DNA of 64,000 nucleotides from Oligoflexales bacterium (GTDB lineage Bacteria; Bdellovibrionota_B; Oligoflexia; Oligoflexales; Bog-1112): NCBI GenBank assembly GCA_045106415.1, contig JBGCEP010000027.1, positions 89,553 to 153,552 of the forward strand, read 5' to 3'. Shown piece by piece: positions 61,856 to 64,000 of this stretch (position 1 is its first letter; each line of letters starts with the position of its first letter). The notes under the pieces were generated by a model. It saw only the letters and a program-made list of their open reading frames with translations, ran no database searches and was not told where the DNA came from. The position numbers and the translations under genes were made by a program.

Positions 61856-62929
61856 CTACGTCAAGGATTTTGAATTTGTGGATATTTCACGAAACAAAAA
61901 AACTGATTCATCAATATGCTTCTTAAAACTTTGTATTAGAAAATCCCACTGAAAACGCTCTGGTAAAATTCTACTTTGCGACACAAGCTTTTCATCGATA
62001 CAATATTTCATCATTTTTACCCATAAACACATATCTGTTTGAGGCAATAGATATGCCTCTGAGAGACCCTCTAAGGTTTCCCGCACTCCCTCACACTCAG
62101 CAGCAAGAATTGGCAACCCAAAACGAGCAGCTTCTAAAAGAGGAAGTCCAACACCTTCGTGTGTACTCATACTTAGATAAACAGCCGCATGTTCATACAC
62201 ACTAGAAAGCTCAGATTCTGTAATATTTTGTAAATACACAATATCAGCTTCAGAAGACAAACTCTCTGCCAAGGTTAATCCAAGTTGATTCGCTGTCTGT
62301 TTCAGCTCATTTGACCAATCTTCCATTTGCCATGACCCAACCCAAACCATACGAATCTGCTGCTTGAAACACATCTTCCATAAAGCACACAGTTGCATAA
62401 GATCTTTATGGCCTTTATGAGGCCGACAATGACCCACAGTCAAAAAATCAATATGCTTAAGATGTGAACGATCTATAAAATGTGATGATTCTAAATCTTC
62501 ATATCGCCGCAACACAGAAAAAACCGAACTATGTTTTAAAAAATCTTTTTGGTTTAATTTTGAATCACACCAAATAAAATCAGAAGCAGCTTCAACAAAG
62601 CTTAATTGCCATCGAGCTCTATCACACACATACTCTTCCATGCTACCTTTCTGGAAAAAGTGCGACGGAGTGATATTATGATATCGAACAATTTTAACTC
62701 GTCCTTTGACAGCCCATTCGTAAGGAAGGCTTGAACCGACCGCTAAATGATAGATAAGAACATCTGAAGAATCATGGTTCGATACATGCAAAGCACGCTT
62801 AGAGCTCAGTTCTGTATAAATATCTGATCGATACCCCCATGAGCGCAAAAGGTCACGCATATGCACAACCTCCCCACTCACAGCATCTGCTGTTGACAGA
62901 CAAGGGACATATTGATCAATGCGAAGCAT
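61856..62929 (-). CDS. GT4-family glycosyltransferase
   Basis: YHNITP, VG...PHKG, STHEGVGLPLLEA. Confidence 0.85.
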   Translation of the reverse strand: MLRIDQYVPCLSTADAVSGEVVHMRDLLRSWGYRSDIYTELSSKRALHVSNHDSSDVLIYHLAVGSSLPYEWAVKGRVKIVRYHNITPSHFFQKGSMEEYVCDRARWQLSFVEAASDFIWCDSKLNQKDFLKHSSVFSVLRRYEDLESSHFIDRSHLKHIDFLTVGHCRPHKGHKDLMQLCALWKMCFKQQIRMVWVGSWQMEDWSNELKQTANQLGLTLAESLSSEADIVYLQNITESELSSVYEHAAVYLSMSTHEGVGLPLLEAARFGLPILAAECEGVRETLEGLSEAYLLPQTDMCLWVKMMKYCIDEKLVSQSRILPERFQWDFLIQSFKKHIDESVFLFREISTNSKSLT

Positions 62930-63314
62930 GTTGATCCTGGTCAGTGCGTTTCAATTCAAAAATTTCTTGTTCAAGCTTTTCAATTCTAGCCTCCAAAGCA
63001 ACAACAGCCCCACCTAAATTCACTGTCATTTCATTGAAATTTCTTTGCCGGATCAAACAAATCTTGAACCACGGGCGAGTCATTTTGAACATCATTTTTT
63101 TAAGAAAAACACCCAGTTTTCCTTTCTGACTGTCGTACACCATGGGTTTTGTAAAATCTGAATTTTCCCCCATCTGAAACAATTGACGAGGAGGAAAAGC
63201 AAGCCTTCTCTCCCCTGCCCATGGGTCTTCATATTGAAACCGTTGCCTTAGAGGTTCCCACTCTTTGTATTGCTTGCGAATTGCTTCTTCAAGATCTGGG
63301 GTTAAAGTATCCAT
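62916..63314 (-). CDS. Hypothetical protein with C-terminal coiled coil (polysaccharide-locus associated)
   Basis: RQRNFN followed by a heptad repeat; overlaps the GT gene. Start uncertain. Confidence 0.65.
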   Translation of the reverse strand: MDTLTPDLEEAIRKQYKEWEPLRQRFQYEDPWAGERRLAFPPRQLFQMGENSDFTKPMVYDSQKGKLGVFLKKMMFKMTRPWFKICLIRQRNFNEMTVNLGGAVVALEARIEKLEQEIFELKRTDQDQHASH

Positions 63315-63584
63315 AGTGTACTTTCTATTCAAAGTCAGACAATTTATATAGTAAAAAATTCATCCTTAAATACGATGATGTCACAGGATAGTAGATTCTC
63401 AAACTGAAACTTCAAAACACCTCTCACTGAAGAAGTCTGTTCATAACCTTTAATACCAGAGAAACTCAAAAGCTCAAGAAACCATCTCTATTTAGATTTT
63501 TTCACGAAAGATTACGTTTGCCATCAATACATACAAAATAAGGTTCACATCTTTAAAAAAACTTAATGAATATTTTCTTTTTCT

Positions 63585-64000
63585 GTAACTACCCAGCTAG
63601 GGCTACGTCGGTGGTTCAGGCAAGCCTGGAATTTGGCCCCAAAAAATTCCTTCGAGAGCTTCGATCACATTGTTTTCCCTGTTTCCTACAGGTTGAAGTA
63701 AAGCTTCGAATGTCAGAAAAAATTTTAGCACCCTGAAAACTCCGAAAATTTCCTGACATTTTCATCCGGACTTTCATCATCCTCACATCCTGTTCAGCCT
63801 GGTTGTTGGTGAATGGAAGGGACTCCGAGCTAAGAAATCTTAAAACTGCGTCTTTGTGCTTCAGTAATCTCAACAAAAGGTTATGCCCTGTTCGGCGTTT
63901 CTTTCGTCCACGCTTAACTATTGCTGACAATGGAGGCTGAGATTCATGAAAAGCTAAGCCAGTAGCTACAATCGCGTCATAAACACGATAGATTCGTTCA
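63585..64000 (-). mobile_element. IS66-family element, transposase C-terminus and terminal repeat (continues beyond the window)
   Basis: NLLLRL...VLRFL...PFTNNQAEQDVRMMKVRMKMSGNFRS...RSFTSTCRKQG; end GTAACTACCCAG at 63585 fits GTAA-starting IS66 TIRs. Confidence 0.88.

Overview
A 64-kb AT-rich bacterial chromosome segment, mostly housekeeping and metabolic genes: ubiE (partial), E2/lpdA, tig-clpP-clpX-lon, rpmG, fumC, rnc-der, mltG, lipA, gcdH, kynU, a DEAD-box helicase, tRNA-Val(TAC), an M18 peptidase, fliG, tgt, arginase and gmd. The gene content (TIGR02266-type PilZ protein, DUF1501/cytochrome c cluster, many sigma28-like promoters) suggests Bdellovibrionota/Oligoflexia or a relative; this is an inference. 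Mobile DNA consists of a decayed tnpB plus IS630 cluster (24.5-26.4 kb) and an IS66 end at the right edge. No CRISPR array, rRNA or prophage was seen. Two genes stand out. (1) 20279-22660 encodes a putative signal peptide, an SF2 helicase with giant-virus/poxvirus D6/D11-like motifs and a hydrophobic insert, and a C-terminal outer-membrane beta-barrel-like domain, i.e. an apparently exported or surface-anchored helicase. (2) 13417-14187 encodes a signal-peptide protein with an acidic-aromatic segment and tandem eukaryote-type C-x4-C-x9-C-x2-HGGG (WRKY19-like) zinc fingers, a candidate transcription-factor mimic. Also seen: a recurring sigma28-like promoter motif, an unannotated 47-aa ORF behind one such promoter, and several structured 5' leaders. 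All family assignments are from motif recognition by eye; no database search was run.
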